Of a stretch of 64,000 nt of DNA, positions 22,196-34,104 are shown piece after piece. Source of the stretch: Chrysemys picta bellii (taxonomy: Eukaryota). The notes under the pieces are model-generated. The model worked only from the letters and a program-made list of their open reading frames with translations, had not been told where the DNA came from and made no database searches. A program made the translations under genes and the position numbers. Where the stretch lies: positions 124,434,001 through 124,498,000 of the forward strand of contig NC_088797.1 of the NCBI RefSeq assembly GCF_011386835.1, read 5' to 3'. Each line of letters starts with the position of its first letter. Within the stretch, counting starts at the first letter, position 1.

Positions 22196-25100
22196 GGGGT
22201 TGGATCAAGGCCCAGGTACCACAGGCTCATGCCAAAGGCCCCAGCTCCTGATGAGATCAGAATCTCAGTTTTCATTTTAAAAGAATTGTTTCTAACCCTC
22301 ATAGACACAAAGAAAGCCTGAAAACAAGGTGTGAGTGTAACCTGAGTTTGCAGAGAGCCTGAAACAATAGCTCCAAGAGGTGTACACTGCCCTTTTCATC
22401 TTAACTCTGAAACCTGCTACCACACCGGAAGGGGCAGGGCCACAGCCTGGGGGAGGGCCATATGGGACCTCAGCGTGGGACGGCCCTAGGGTCCTGGATT
22501 GCCTTATCTCAGCCCAAGGAGGGACTGATATATAAAATGAGATTAAGGCTCAGATTGTGACTAGGTGCCTGGGGTTGTGGGGGAAGGGCATGAGGAGCCT
22601 TCCCCACCCACCGCTGCACTGTGAGTGGAGAGCGTAGGCCAGTGCCAGGCTCACCCCAATGGTGGCACCAGCCACTCCAGCGGGGGAAGGGATGAGGAGA
22701 GGGCAGGAGAGCGGCCTCCCCCACGCCTCACTGGCCAGCAGCACTGAGGAAAGTGCACTCCGCATCCTTTCAGGGGGGAAGGGACTGTTTAAAATGCCTT
22801 TTGAGGGTCTCTTGGGCTCCCATTGGGCTGTGCTTTGAAGGCCCACCCCAGCTCTGGAAGTGCAACATCTCTGTCACTTGGCTGGGGGGGTTGGGGCACA
22901 TCTGAAGGGTGGAAACAGCCAGGAGAGGGGTTAGGGTGGCACAAGAGAGTGTGATTGGGAGCAATGGGGTGGGGTTAAGGAGGCTGAATAGCAGCAAAGC
23001 CTTCCTGCCAGAGAGATCTACCAGCCGGCCCCGGGGCGTGGCAGAAGCTCTGTTACATGGGACTGTGAAACGTACATTGGGCAAAGCCCTCGCAGGTGTC
23101 CTGGAGGGGACAATCCTGGCCCTGCCCCCGGGCCAGGGGCTGGGTGTTCTAACAGGCCTCTCCCGTCCCCAATTTCTGTGAGGAGCGAGGCCCCAATGCA
23201 GAAGGGAGGGGCCGCTTCCTGTGGGAGTCGGACCCGTCAACTGCTGACCCGGTCAAGCCCACTATCGTTGTCATTGGCAGTGCGGTGGCAGCTAAGATCG
23301 GGTCCCGAGGGCGCCAGGCACTGAGCAGAGAGACACGGTTCTGCCAACCTCGAGAGATCAGAAATCATGAGACAGGCCCCCCAAAATCACAAGATCGGCC
23401 CCAAGTATCATGAGATTGGCTGACAAGATCATGAGGGTTTTTTCCCCCCAAGAGACTAGACGGTGTTTTTTAGTTTGTCTGTTTATTGCAGCACTCCGCT
23501 GCCCGGCCCCAGCATGTGCGGGTCACACTCAGTGTCGCCCTCTCTCCCGAATGTATCTGCTGAGTGATTTGGGTCCCATCTGCCTGTCCCCTGCCCAGCA
23601 ATGTATTCTGCTCCTGCCCAGCCTCTCTCATCACTGCAGCCCCCCAACCTCCTCTCTGCTCCTGGAGCTCTTCACTCCCTTCTCCCAGGCCTGGAGGGGG
23701 CTGCAGCAGGGTCCCCTCTCTCCCTTCCAGCCTGGGGGGGGGCAGCTCCAGGAGCTCTTCACCCCTTCTGCCCCCTCCCAGGCCAGGTGCTGCAGGGAGC
23801 AGGTGCAGAAGAACCGTCTCCCATTGCTCCCAGGAGGGGAGGATGGAGCAGAACTGCCCTGAGCAGGTGGGTTCTTCATCTCTCCCCTCCCAGCCTAGGA
23901 GAACGGCTTTGGGGCGCTCAGGGGAAAGAGAGCTCTTCCTACAGCAGCTCCGATTGGTTGCTCAGCCCCAGGAGGTGGAGCAAGTGGGGGGTGCAGCCAA
24001 TCAGAGGCAGATTTCCGCCAGGCAGGGCTACATTGGCCAGCAGGTTGGATCATCTCTGGTCATTGCAAAACGGGCGCTGGCCTCGGCTGAAATCCCATCC
24101 CTGAGAGAGCTGGCCACACGGGAGATGGGCTGTGCCCCAAAGAGCTTAAGTCCTAAGTAAACGAAGTGTGGGAGGGGAAACAGAGGCACGGGGAAGGGGC
24201 GTGATTGGCCTAAGAGGACACAGCAAGCACGGCAGAGCCAGGATTAAACCAGTAATAAGCAGAGACAGGCCCACACCAGAAGTCCAGATCCGAACTCTCC
24301 TGAACTCTGGGGAGGGGCAGAGTCAAACCCAAACCCAGCTCCAGGTTTCCCACAGGGTGGTTTCTGTAGCAGGAACCCCACATCCATTCCAGATGCCCTG
24401 AAATGGAGGATGCCCATGCAGGCCTCTCCCCGGCAATAACACGGGGCCGGGGAAGAGTTTCGTTCCATTCCAGGGGCTAGAGGCTGTGCAGAAATCAACA
24501 CGGGCGTTGCTGTGAGTTTCTCTCTGCTAACCCGTCCTCTGGGGGCCTGGGTTTTGTTCCAGGGGCACAGCATCCATGAAGCATGAAGGGAAAGAGGGCT
24601 GCAGCAGGCAAGCAGGAGCAGAGAGCCGGCCAGCTGTGGCAGGAGGGAGGGAGGAGAAGAGGAGGAGGAGGAAGGGAGATGGCCCGGCCTCCTTCTCTGC
24701 CTTCATCGCATGGCTCTGGAAAGGAAGTGGAAAGCGGAAAAGCAGAGTCAGGAATGAATGTGCTGCCCCAGCCTCTGGCCACACCCCGCTCTGCCTGGGT
24801 AGGAGAGACGGTGCCTAGACTCGCAGCCAAAGAGCCACTATTTCCCCACCCACTGGCTTCCAAAAGAGCTCTCGGCCACAGGCACTTCACTGCCGCTAAG
24901 AGAGTTAGTCCCCATTCATGTCCCCGACTGTCCCTTTGCATTAGAACAGGCCAAGCTGCACGGCTGCATCCAAATGACACAGTGTCCAGGTTGCCACGCT
25001 GCTGGGGTGTGGAACAGGATCTAGCAATCCCCAACGCTGGGGGAGGCTCGGGTCTACTGGCCTCTGCTTCTAATTCAGCCTAAACCAAACACCTCTCCAT

Positions 25101-26310
25101 TTCCAATCCAGTTTGGAGTGGCCAAGCAGCGAGAGCAGAGACAGCCCCCTGCACAAAGAGCCCTCCCCGTGCTCCACCGAAGTCAATGGGGCTTACTCAG
25201 GGGGGTTGTAGGAATTTGCTCTTGACCTGCAGCACCCCTGTTATTACACTCCTAGGGGAGACCCCCCCCCCAGCCCTGCCAGTGCACATCTCCTGGCTGC
25301 AGCACCCCCTGCTATTCCACTCTGGGGGTGCCCACAGACAGCTCCTCCGATGCATCTCAGTCCTGACCTGCAGCCCCCTTGCATCCACCTTTCAGACTCA
25401 GGTAGCCAGTTGTAATGGACTGTGTGAGGCTATAACTCTTCTCTCCAGAGGTGCCTGGCTCTGGCATTCTCCTTACTATGCCAGGGAACCCCAGTTAGAG
25501 CATCCTCGAGCAGATCTTTCCCAGGGCTCCAGGCAAGCAGTCTCCTTGGGGGCAGTGATGAAGAGAGCTCCAGACACGCCCCAGACAGCTGCACGCCACA
25601 CTTCCCTCCACAGCCTGCCGCTGCCCTGCCATCTCACTCTGGTTTGGGGGCGGATTATGCATTTTTTCCACTAACTAGTTTTTGTGCCTTTTTTTTTTCT
25701 TTTAAAGGCACAATGTTTTCTTTGAAACAGACAGAAAGTAACTGGCCGTTTGCTGCCTGTACAAGCCCCACCCTGATGCGAGGCTGAGACTTTTCCCTCC
25801 CATCACAAAACATCTACCAACACAGGACCCCTTGGCACACAGAAAGGAAGTTGCTGAAAATAAACGCTATTTGGAACTGTTTTAACTTCTTGCACCGGCA
25901 CTTTCTGAGCTGGATTCCCACTCCCCTCCTCCCCCTGCACTTGGAGTGTAGCCGAGAAGGCTCTGAAAACGGATTTAACAACCCCTTAAGTAAGTGGCTT
26001 AGTTTTCTTCTTATCTTTACATTTGTTCAGGGGGTAGCACGGAAATAGAGGCTGCTTACAAATAAGCACATGCCCCATCCTCACTGGGAATGAAACCCAT
26101 TAGCGATGGGAGACTTCTCCCCGAGGATGGAGCATTCCTGTTTGTTACCCAATCTTAGTTTTGCTTGGCCTGTTGCTAGCTCCAGCCCTTGAAAGGAAGG
26201 GTCGCATGGTTTTGGTTTTGTGCAGTCTTTCTGTGTTCCCCTGAATAACGGTCCTGGATTTGTATCATCCCATTTCAGGTCTAGAGTCTTTGAGGAACAC
26301 TGCACAACAC

Positions 26311-26485
26311 AGGGTCCTGTGGCACCTTTTAAGACTAACAGAAGTATTGGGAGCATAAGCTTTCGTGGGTAAGAACCTCACTTCTTCAGATGCAAGTAAT
26401 GGAAATTCTTAGTTAGTCTTAAAAGGTGCCACAGGACCCTCTGTTGCTTTTTACAGATGCAGACTAACACGGCTACCCCTCTGAT
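26311..26485. mobile_element. Penelope-like element mini-insertion (inverted terminal repeat structure)
   Basis: Perfect 28-bp inverted repeat 26312-26339 / 26412-26439; 12-bp direct repeat actgcacaacac at 26299-26310 and 26486-26497. Confidence 0.75.
26353..26393 (-). ncRNA. Minimal hammerhead-ribozyme-like motif within the Penelope repeat
   Basis: GCAU-CUGAAGA-A-GUGAGGUUCUUACCCAC-GAAA-GCUU-AUGC: catalytic core boxes, stem I GCAU/AUGC, palindromic AGCU stem III. Confidence 0.55.
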
Positions 26486-27447
26486 ACTGCACAACACGAA
26501 CATTATGGCAGTCGAGATCATGAGTCTGATTCTTCACTCTAGTGTAAGTCCGTTGATCAGTGAGTTTGACTCGTGTAAAACTGGGGTACTGCAGTAGGGA
26601 ATTAGGGCCCTAGTTTTTCGTGTTTAAACCCATAGTGATGTTACAGAATAACTGTAATAGAATCACGAATGGATAGAAATAATAGAGAGCACTGGACTCA
26701 CCCCCCGTGCTAACCGATGGACTTGAATAGGGCTACACAGGGTAAGTAGGTTGGTAACTGACGCATTGTGAACTAGTGATCTCAGGCATCAGGTTGGACT
26801 AACTCCCTGCCATAATCTCACTAGGATCAGCTCAGTCTTCCGGGGCCCTGTAAACTAAGTACCAGACCACGTGTGTGGGCCTTTCACGGGAGACCTTAAA
26901 AACTGGGTTCCCGTTATCTAATTGGCCTGAACATGAAAGATCCCCTGCTACTTTTTAGAGAAGTTGGGGTTTCCATGGCACCAATTTTATGTTTGCTGTC
27001 AACATGCAGGATGCAGGACTGGCCCTTTCACAAAAGTTGTAGCTAGAGATCTATCCAGGTGGCGCTTGATCATGCCCCTTTGGGGTCTGCCATGAATAGG
27101 AGGAGGATGGGTTTCCACAGCCAGCCCCCAGAGGGCTATGTGCCATTCAGGAGACGCAGAAGGCTCTGGTGTAGCCATTGAAACAAACTCCAGAGCAGGT
27201 TCACCAGCCTCTCAGATGGGCCTTTGTCAAAGCTCTAGCCTCAGTGAGGTGAATCATCTCCCACCTGACACCTTGGTGCTCGATGGGTTTGGCTGAGGTT
27301 CATGTCAGTTAAACCTGGAGGGCGAAGTGAAGTCCAAGGGATTGAGGAACTCAGCCTGATGAACCAGAACTGCTGCCCTTTCACACAGCTCCCCACCCAT
27401 TTCCCCCTGCAGAGCTGGCTGCACTTTAGTGCTCCCAGGCTATATGA

Positions 27448-27660
27448 GCAGCAGTGTTGCCTAGTGGATAAAGCACTGGACCAGGGACTCAGGAGACTTA
27501 GGTGCTATTCCTGGCTCTGCCACTGATTGCTGGGTGACCTTAGGCAAGTCACTTTGCCTCCCTATGCCTCAGTGTCACCATTTGTAAAATGGGGGTAATG
27601 ATACTGGCCTCCTTTGTAAAGCACTTTGCAATCTACTGATAAGAGCTAGGTGATTAAATT
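27448..27660 (+). mobile_element. MIR/CORE-like SINE, near full length
   Basis: tRNA-like head (cctagtggataaagcactggac...), core gtgaccttaggcaagtcac...cctcagt...tgtaaaatggg, 3' aaagcacttt. Confidence 0.7.
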
Positions 27661-28293
27661 ATATGTATTCCAGGCTCCCATCCTACAAGCCCACTGAAAT
27701 CAAGAGGTTTCCTTGTCTGAGGGCTGCAGGATGGGGCCCATAACTAGCGAAGTGCTTTGGGATCCCCAGAAATGATAGGTGCAATGCTATTCTGGTGTAA
27801 GGAGCACAGAGGTGAAACCACACAAGCTGCGTGGGAGTGTCCTGCGATGGGATTTCACTCGGCTCAGCACGAAGGCTGGTGCCTTGTCCCAGAATCTAAG
27901 CTGGGCCCTATTGCACGGCAGCCGGGCGGTGAGAGTAGGAAGCAGGTGGTAACTAAGCCCTGGCTAGTGGGTGAGTGTAGGGCTGATGCAGCTGCCTCGA
28001 TACAAACCCTATGTACTGATGTGCTCTCCTAGCGGTGCTACGCTGCACACCCGCGGATTGACTTTTTGGTGAAGACAGACAGAGCCCTGGGAGATTTGCT
28101 GCTACCAGAACCCCTGGCTTTGTTATCGTTCCATTCTCCAAACACCACAGTGACTTGCTCTGGTTTCTGGGGAGTGCAGCTCAACGGGCCGTTCCTGTAT
28201 GAATGAATACTGTCATCAGACCAGTCAGCAGAGGGCCGTCCATTGCTCTCTATGCACATCACCACATCACACAGGAAATCTGAGCTACACTAA

Positions 28294-29105
28294 GGGCTTA
28301 TCTTCGCTGCGTGTTAGCTCAAGTTACTGCACTCCGGTGAGCCAAGTGAGTAGGGTTACCATATGTCCGGATTTTCCCGGACATGTCCGGCTTTTTGGGC
28401 TCCAAATCCCCGTCCGGGGGGAAATCCCAAAAAGCCGGACATGTCTGGGAAAATCGGGACATGCCGGGCCGGCAGTGGCGGGCTGGGGGCCGGGCCGGCG
28501 GTGCCGAGCCGGGGGTGCTGAGCCGGGGGCCGGGCCGGGGACCGGCAGTGCTGGGCGGGCCGGGGGTGCTCAGCCGGGGGCTGGCCCGGGGCTGGCACCC
28601 CAGGGCCCGAGCCGACCCAGGCTGGAGACGCCGGGGGGGCCAGACTGGGCCGCGCCTCCTCCCCCCACCTCCCCCTTACCTGCTTCAGGCTTCCCGCGAA
28701 TCAAATGTTCGCGGGAAGCAGGGGAGGGGGCGGAGTTGGGGCGGGGACTTTGGGGAAGGGGTGGAGTTGGGGCGGGGGCGGGGCTGGGGCCCCGCGGAGT
28801 GTCCTCCTTTTGGACACTCAAAATATGGTAACCCTACTAGTGAGAGAGACCACACTGGCAGCACAGAGTGACTGGATTAGCTGCAGATGAGTTGCTGTAA
28901 GTGGAGCCGTAGTATCCCCATTATTAGCTAGAGCATCAGCAAGTTGCAACAATGGAGCTTCAACCCATCCCTTCTGGCAGGCGAGCAAGCTCCGGTTTAA
29001 AGCCCCACTTCACTTGGAGCTAGAGATTGTTGTGTGTGGATGCGGGTCAAGTTAGGGGTAATTTTCAAGTATAACTGGAGCTAGCTATGCTGTGAAGACA
29101 CACCC
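28294..29105. mobile_element. Harbinger MITE carrying a nested hAT MITE
   Basis: gggcttatcttcgct...gtgaagacacaccc; TSD TAA (28291-93) / TAA (29106-08). Confidence 0.7.
28351..28836. mobile_element. GC-rich hAT (Blackjack-like) MITE
   Basis: TIR tagggttaccata / tatggtaacccta; TSD caagtgag / ctagtgag. Confidence 0.8.
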
Positions 29106-29115
29106 TAAGACATTG

Positions 29116-29662
29116 AGGGTGTCTATGCTACACGGTAAGCTCAGATTTAGTAGAGTTCGAGTTAGCAGACTTGGGTTTGTTAGCCTAGGGCTTGAGCGTC
29201 TACACTCATTGGTAACCCCAGGTTAGGAATTGTTGAACCCTGGGTCCTAACTTGGGGGTCCAGCATCTACACTGCGTTATGTGGACCTGACCCACAACCC
29301 ATATCCCAGAGTTCCTAGCGCCCTCCCACAACGTGACCACTCTAGCCCTTTGTTCATGGTTCAGTGTGGGAAAACTTGACTGTCCTCCAAACTTGACTGT
29401 CCAGGGGACAAAGAAAGACAGCACATGGGATTATGGGATACTTTTGGTGGACTCCCAGAACATGTGTCCAGTGGAGCTGCATCTACACCACAAAGAAATA
29501 GGACTTGAATCCTGGGTCCTGGCTTGACAGGCTCAGACCCTCTAATCCCTTAGGGTCCTGAGACCCTGAGTCTGATTAGTGCGATTTGTGTGTAGATGGA
29601 AGAGAGGTTAGGCTTGAGCCTGAATTTGAATCCTGGCCTTACATCGCAGTGTGGACGTACCC
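29116..29662. mobile_element. Harbinger-type MITE
   Basis: gggtgtctatgctac...agtgtggacgtaccc inverted termini. Confidence 0.6.
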
Positions 29663-31053
29663 GGAATGATAAAGCTTATGCCAGTCTGCTAAGGAAGGTA
29701 AGAAAGGCTTGACTGGCCTCTCAGAGGGAGGGAGAGAAGAGGCAACCAGTCAGAAAGAGAGAGTCAGAGGCAACAGATTTTTTTTTTTTAGTAATCATCT
29801 CTGGCAGATACCGTTTTGAGGAACTCAATGGGAAACAGAAAAGTCTGAGGTTTTCCTTCTAGCTCAAGTTTACTCCCTCAGCAATCCCTTCTGCTCCTTG
29901 TTTCTCACTGTCATTTGAAAAATACTTTTCACTCAATAATGTTCATGGATAGGTAAGTGAATGTTAACTCTGAATCCTAACAATGAAACTTAAAGTGTCA
30001 ATATTATTAACTATTTCACTGTGAATCATTGTAGACAGAATGGGTCACTGCTCTGAGATTGAGGGTGGGGTTTGGGTACTAATATTCCCACTCCAAAAGT
30101 GAGTAAGAGAGCAGAGCTGTGAACTCTGGAGTGTGGATGAAGGAGTGAATTCAGTGAGGAAGGATGGTCCACTGGTTAGGGCACTTGCCTAGCACTTAGG
30201 AGAGCCAGGGTCAAGTCCCTGCTCTGCCACAGACTTTTGATGTGAACTTGGGCAAGTCACTTAGCTCTCTGTGCTTCATATATTAAAGATTGAAAGCTGC
30301 TCTGTTACTATGGAGATAGGGGCCACATACGTACTGTACCATATAATTTCAACTGTGTTTAACAATCTTGCCAAAGCACAATTTATATTTGGTTGTGGTT
30401 CAGCAGGATCCTCAGGTATTTTGGCTAGCTAGTGGGGGTGGGGCCGAAGTTGGCATATGGACTTCTCCAAATGAACTGGTCTTCCTGGGGTAGCTCTCAT
30501 TTCGCAGGTGCTGTCTAAGGCTCTGGTCACCTTTAAAAATGTGCCAGACTGTGACCATCCACCAGATGAGGCCTACAAAGGGAGCAGCTCACCAGAGGCT
30601 GTTCCTCTCCCTCCCTTTCTCAGGGCCACAGGCCAAAGGGGAGGGTGTAGCAAAGTGGGGGCCAGCTACCATCCCCTGGAGTTGCTCCACTCCCATTAAC
30701 AAAGTGATCCCTATCTGAGTCTGATGCCAGGAAGCAGAGAACCTGGCTGATGTGGAGCCAGGTCCATCCCACCAGCCAGACCACCTACCTACTCCTCTAG
30801 ACTCCCACTGTGACCCCCTACTCCAGTTGGGTATGACAGCACCCAATTACGAGTTCCCGCAGTCGCCAGGCGAGATCTCTGGGAAGCAGGGCAGCCATCA
30901 GGGAGAAGGGTGGGGATGCAGCGCCCTATTGCTGCCTATTGAATATTGTCTCTATGATTCACATTTCTCAGTGCTGTTATTGTCGTTGTAGCCAGCGTGA
31001 GGTGAGAGGACCCAGACTGCTGTAGGCATCTCCTATTGGATGCTCCATCCAAG

Positions 31054-31596
31054 ATGGCTGCCCTCATCACTGAAAACTTCCGCTTCCTTTCTCTGTTCTT
31101 CAAAAGCAAAGATGTGATGATCTTCAATGGCCTGGTGGCCCTGGGCACAGTGGGCAGCCAGGAACTCTTCTCTGTGGTCGCCTTCCACTGCCCCTGTTCT
31201 CCGGCCAGAAACTACATCTATGGACTGGCTGCTATCGGAGTCCCAGCCCTGGCCCTGTTCCTCATCGGCGTCATCTGGAACAACCACACCTGGAATTTGG
31301 TAGCTGAGTGCCACAAGAGGGGGGCCAAGAACTTCTCGGCCGCAGCCACCTTCCTGCTCTTTGGCTCCATCATAGGGCGGGCTGCCGTGGCCCCTGTCAC
31401 CTGGTCGGTCATCTCACTGCTCCGCGGAGAAGCCTACGTCTGTGCCCTCAGTGAATTTGTGGATCCTGCCTCCCTAGATAAATTTCCATCCCGATATGGA
31501 CCGGAGACCCTGGCCAGGTTCCCTTGTAAGGACATTCCCGGGAACTTGACAAGTTTTAAGGAAGAAGTTATAAGAAGACTAAGATACGAGTCGCAG
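31054..31596 (+). CDS. CALHM2: Calcium homeostasis modulator 2, first coding exon
   Basis: aagATGG (strong Kozak) gives MAALITENFRFLSLFFKSKDVMIFNGLVALGTVGSQELF...RRLRYESQ|gtattg; 543 nt. Confidence 0.97.
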
Positions 31597-32840
31597 GTAT
31601 TGATTGACTTGTATGTCTGGGTTTGGAAGGAGTGTTGAGAAGGGGTTAGAGGAGACTGGAAGCCAGGTCTCCTGTGTACTATTTCTGGCTCAGGCTGTGT
31701 GTGTTGTGCTGGAGTCAGAGAAGGAGACTGGGAGCCAAGACTCCAAGGCTCAGAGACAGAAAATGAAATCCTGGCCCCATTGAAGTTAATGCGAGTTTTG
31801 CTATTTACTTAATTGAAGCCAGGATATTACACAGTGTTGTCTAGCGGTTAGAGCAGGACACCTGGGCTGTATTCCTGACTCTCAGGAAAGTTACTTTCCC
31901 CCTCTGTGCCCCCTTATCCTCCTCTCTCTCGGGGAATAATACTCACTTTCCCCTCTGGGGCTTAACCTACGTACCCATACACTCTCATTGAAACTGCAAC
32001 ACTGGGAAGCCAAGACAAGCAAAATGGGGAAAGCGTCCCTGACACACCCAGCGCTGCTCTGAGCTGCGACAGGGCAGGATGCCCCTCCTGTCTCTGTTCA
32101 AGCAACAAACCGCTCAGAGCTCCGTAGTTACAATATCGGACACTCCTTAACTCACTCGGCCAAGGAGTGGGAAGACAGAAGGCATCTTCCCCATCGGCAG
32201 TGGGGGGTGAAGGACCAGCAGCATCAGGGCACACTCAGGCTCCACCTCCTCTTGAGCACACATCCTTCCTGTGCCTTTTCTACTTTCTGGACTGAGTTAA
32301 TTACCCTGGTAGCTTTCTCCTCAGTCTATCAATTAGGCCCAGCGTTGCCCCTCAGGTTTCCTCTGGGGTGATTTAATGGATGTTCCCATGATCAGAGTGC
32401 TGGTAGAGCTGCTGTTGCCCAGCACGCTGTCACAGAAGCCCGTGTCCTATGCCCGTGAGCACCACGTGTTCAGAAATCTGGAGTGACTGACACCTAATCT
32501 GAGGTGCGAGTTGTCCCAGGCTTAGCTACCAGAAACCGGTACAGTTTTTACATTAATAATCTGCTTTGGGGGAAAATTTGCTTTTAAGACACATGTTCAT
32601 GGCTTTGTGAGGACCTACCCTCCCTCCTCCCCCCAAAGCAGCATTTGTTAGGTGCAAGAGGACAATACATTATCCAGACACCGGGAGATCAGTTCTCAGA
32701 ACCAACTCCACATCAGCCAACCCAGGGCTTGGCAATACCATGTTGGATCTGAGTTAGACTAGTCTGTTCACTCTGCAGTGATTCCCCTGTGGCCCAGTCA
32801 GGAGCAGAAGTGATGGGGGTGGCCCTGAATTAGAACAGAA

Positions 32841-33060
32841 CACAGGTTCTCAAACTGGGGGTTGGGACCCCTCAGGGGGTCACGAGGTTATTACATGGGG
32901 GGTCGTGAGCTGTCAGCCTCCACCCCAAGCCCTGCTTTGCCTCCAGCATTTATAAGGGCGTTAAATATATAAAAAAGTGTTTTTAATTTATAAGGGGGGG
33001 TTGCACTCCGAGGCTTGCTGTGTGAAAGGGGTCACCAGTACAAAAGTCTGAGAACTACTG
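32841..33060. mobile_element. hAT (Charlie-like) MITE in the CALHM2 intron
   Basis: cacaggttctcaaact / agtctgagaactactg; TSD gaacagaa / gaatagaa. Confidence 0.7.
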
Positions 33061-33441
33061 GAATAGAAGGAGTTGCCCAGGGTGCATTGGCCAAGCTGTG
33101 AGGGGTTCCAAGTCTGGAGTAGAGGGGGACAGTGCAGATCAGGCCTGAGGTTCATCAGCTGAGCTGTCTTGGCTCCAGTCGGAAGAGCAGGAACTGTTGC
33201 CGGTCAGGACTGAAGGGCATTGGCAGAGGAGTTCTGGGAATCTCACACAGCACCTGCATCTGCCTATGCTCTAGTCAGCGCGATCAGTACTGCATCACGT
33301 TCACAGAGACACGAACAAAGAATCCAAGCGCTGGTGTCCTCATGAACTGGGGCAAACCCCAGTAGGAAACCGGGCAGGTTCTTTAATCGGCGCTTGGACT
33401 GATGAGCTGTTCTGATGTAGCCCTCTCTGTCTCTTTCTCAG

Positions 33442-33858
33442 CTCTTTGGATGGCTGCTCATTGGGGTCATCGCAGTCTTGGTTTTCCTCACCAAGTGCCT
33501 GAAGCACTGCTGCTCGCCGCTCGGCTACCGGCAAGAGGGCTACTGGTCCCAGTACCGCTCGAGCGAGGCCAAGCTCTTTGAGCGCACTGCTGAAGTCCAC
33601 TCCAAGATCCTGGCTGCCAACAACGTCAAGCAGTTCTTCGGCTTCGTGGCTCTGAATAAGGAGGAGAAGGAGCTAGTGGAAGAGTTCCCAGTGGAGGGAG
33701 TCCAGCCAAGCCCACAGTGGAACGCCATCACCGGGGTCTATATCTACCGGGAAAATAAGGGCTTCCCACTTTACAGCCGGCTCCATAAGTGGGCCAAAGG
33801 GGTGGAGGGGAATGGGCCAGGGCCTGATGGTCAGGAAATGGTCTTCCTAGCCACATAA
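33442..33858 (+). CDS. CALHM2: CALHM2 last coding exon
   Basis: ctctttctcag|CTC TTT GGA TGG; LFGWLLIG...PQWNAITGVYIYRENKGFPLYSRLHKW...FLAT*; spliced product 319 aa. Confidence 0.97.
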   Translation, partial: LFGWLLIGVIAVLVFLTKCLKHCCSPLGYRQEGYWSQYRSSEAKLFERTAEVHSKILAANNVKQFFGFVALNKEEKELVEEFPVEGVQPSPQWNAITGVYIYRENKGFPLYSRLHKWAKGVEGNGPGPDGQEMVFLAT

Positions 33859-33931
33859 GAGAACCAGCAGCCCAGGGGGATGACAGAACCAGTTCCCCAC
33901 ACCATCTTTATGATATGGAGATATACCTATC

Positions 33932-34104
33932 TCATAGAACTGGAAGGGACCTTGAAAGGTCATCGAGTCCAGTCCCCTGCCTTCACAGCAGGACCAAGTA
34001 CTGTCCCTGACAGATTTTTTTGTTGTTGCCCCAGATCCCTAAATGGCCCCCACAACCCTGGGTTTAGCAGGCCAATGCTCAAACCACTGAGTTATCCCTC
34101 CCCC
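33932..34104 (-). mobile_element. Turtle tRNA-derived polIII SINE with CR1-like tail (internally deleted)
   Basis: Antisense copy of gggggagggata(a)ctcagtggtttgagcattggcctgctaaacccaggg...; ~75 nt after the CALHM2 stop. Confidence 0.8.

Noticed and set aside
22420-25700. Many overlapping 100-200 aa ORFs
   Set aside because: GC-rich, repeat-derived low-complexity sequence with few stop codons; no domain-like composition and no consistent exon chain.
28199-28890. CpG island and 210-aa ORF as a promoter or gene
   Set aside because: The CpG-rich core lies inside a TSD-flanked hAT MITE nested in a Harbinger MITE.
31036-31053. N-terminal extension MDAPSK on CALHM2 in the ORF track
   Set aside because: It starts at TTG; the conserved start is the strong-context ATG at 31054. 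The GTG start at 8239 for CALHM1 is rejected for the same reason.
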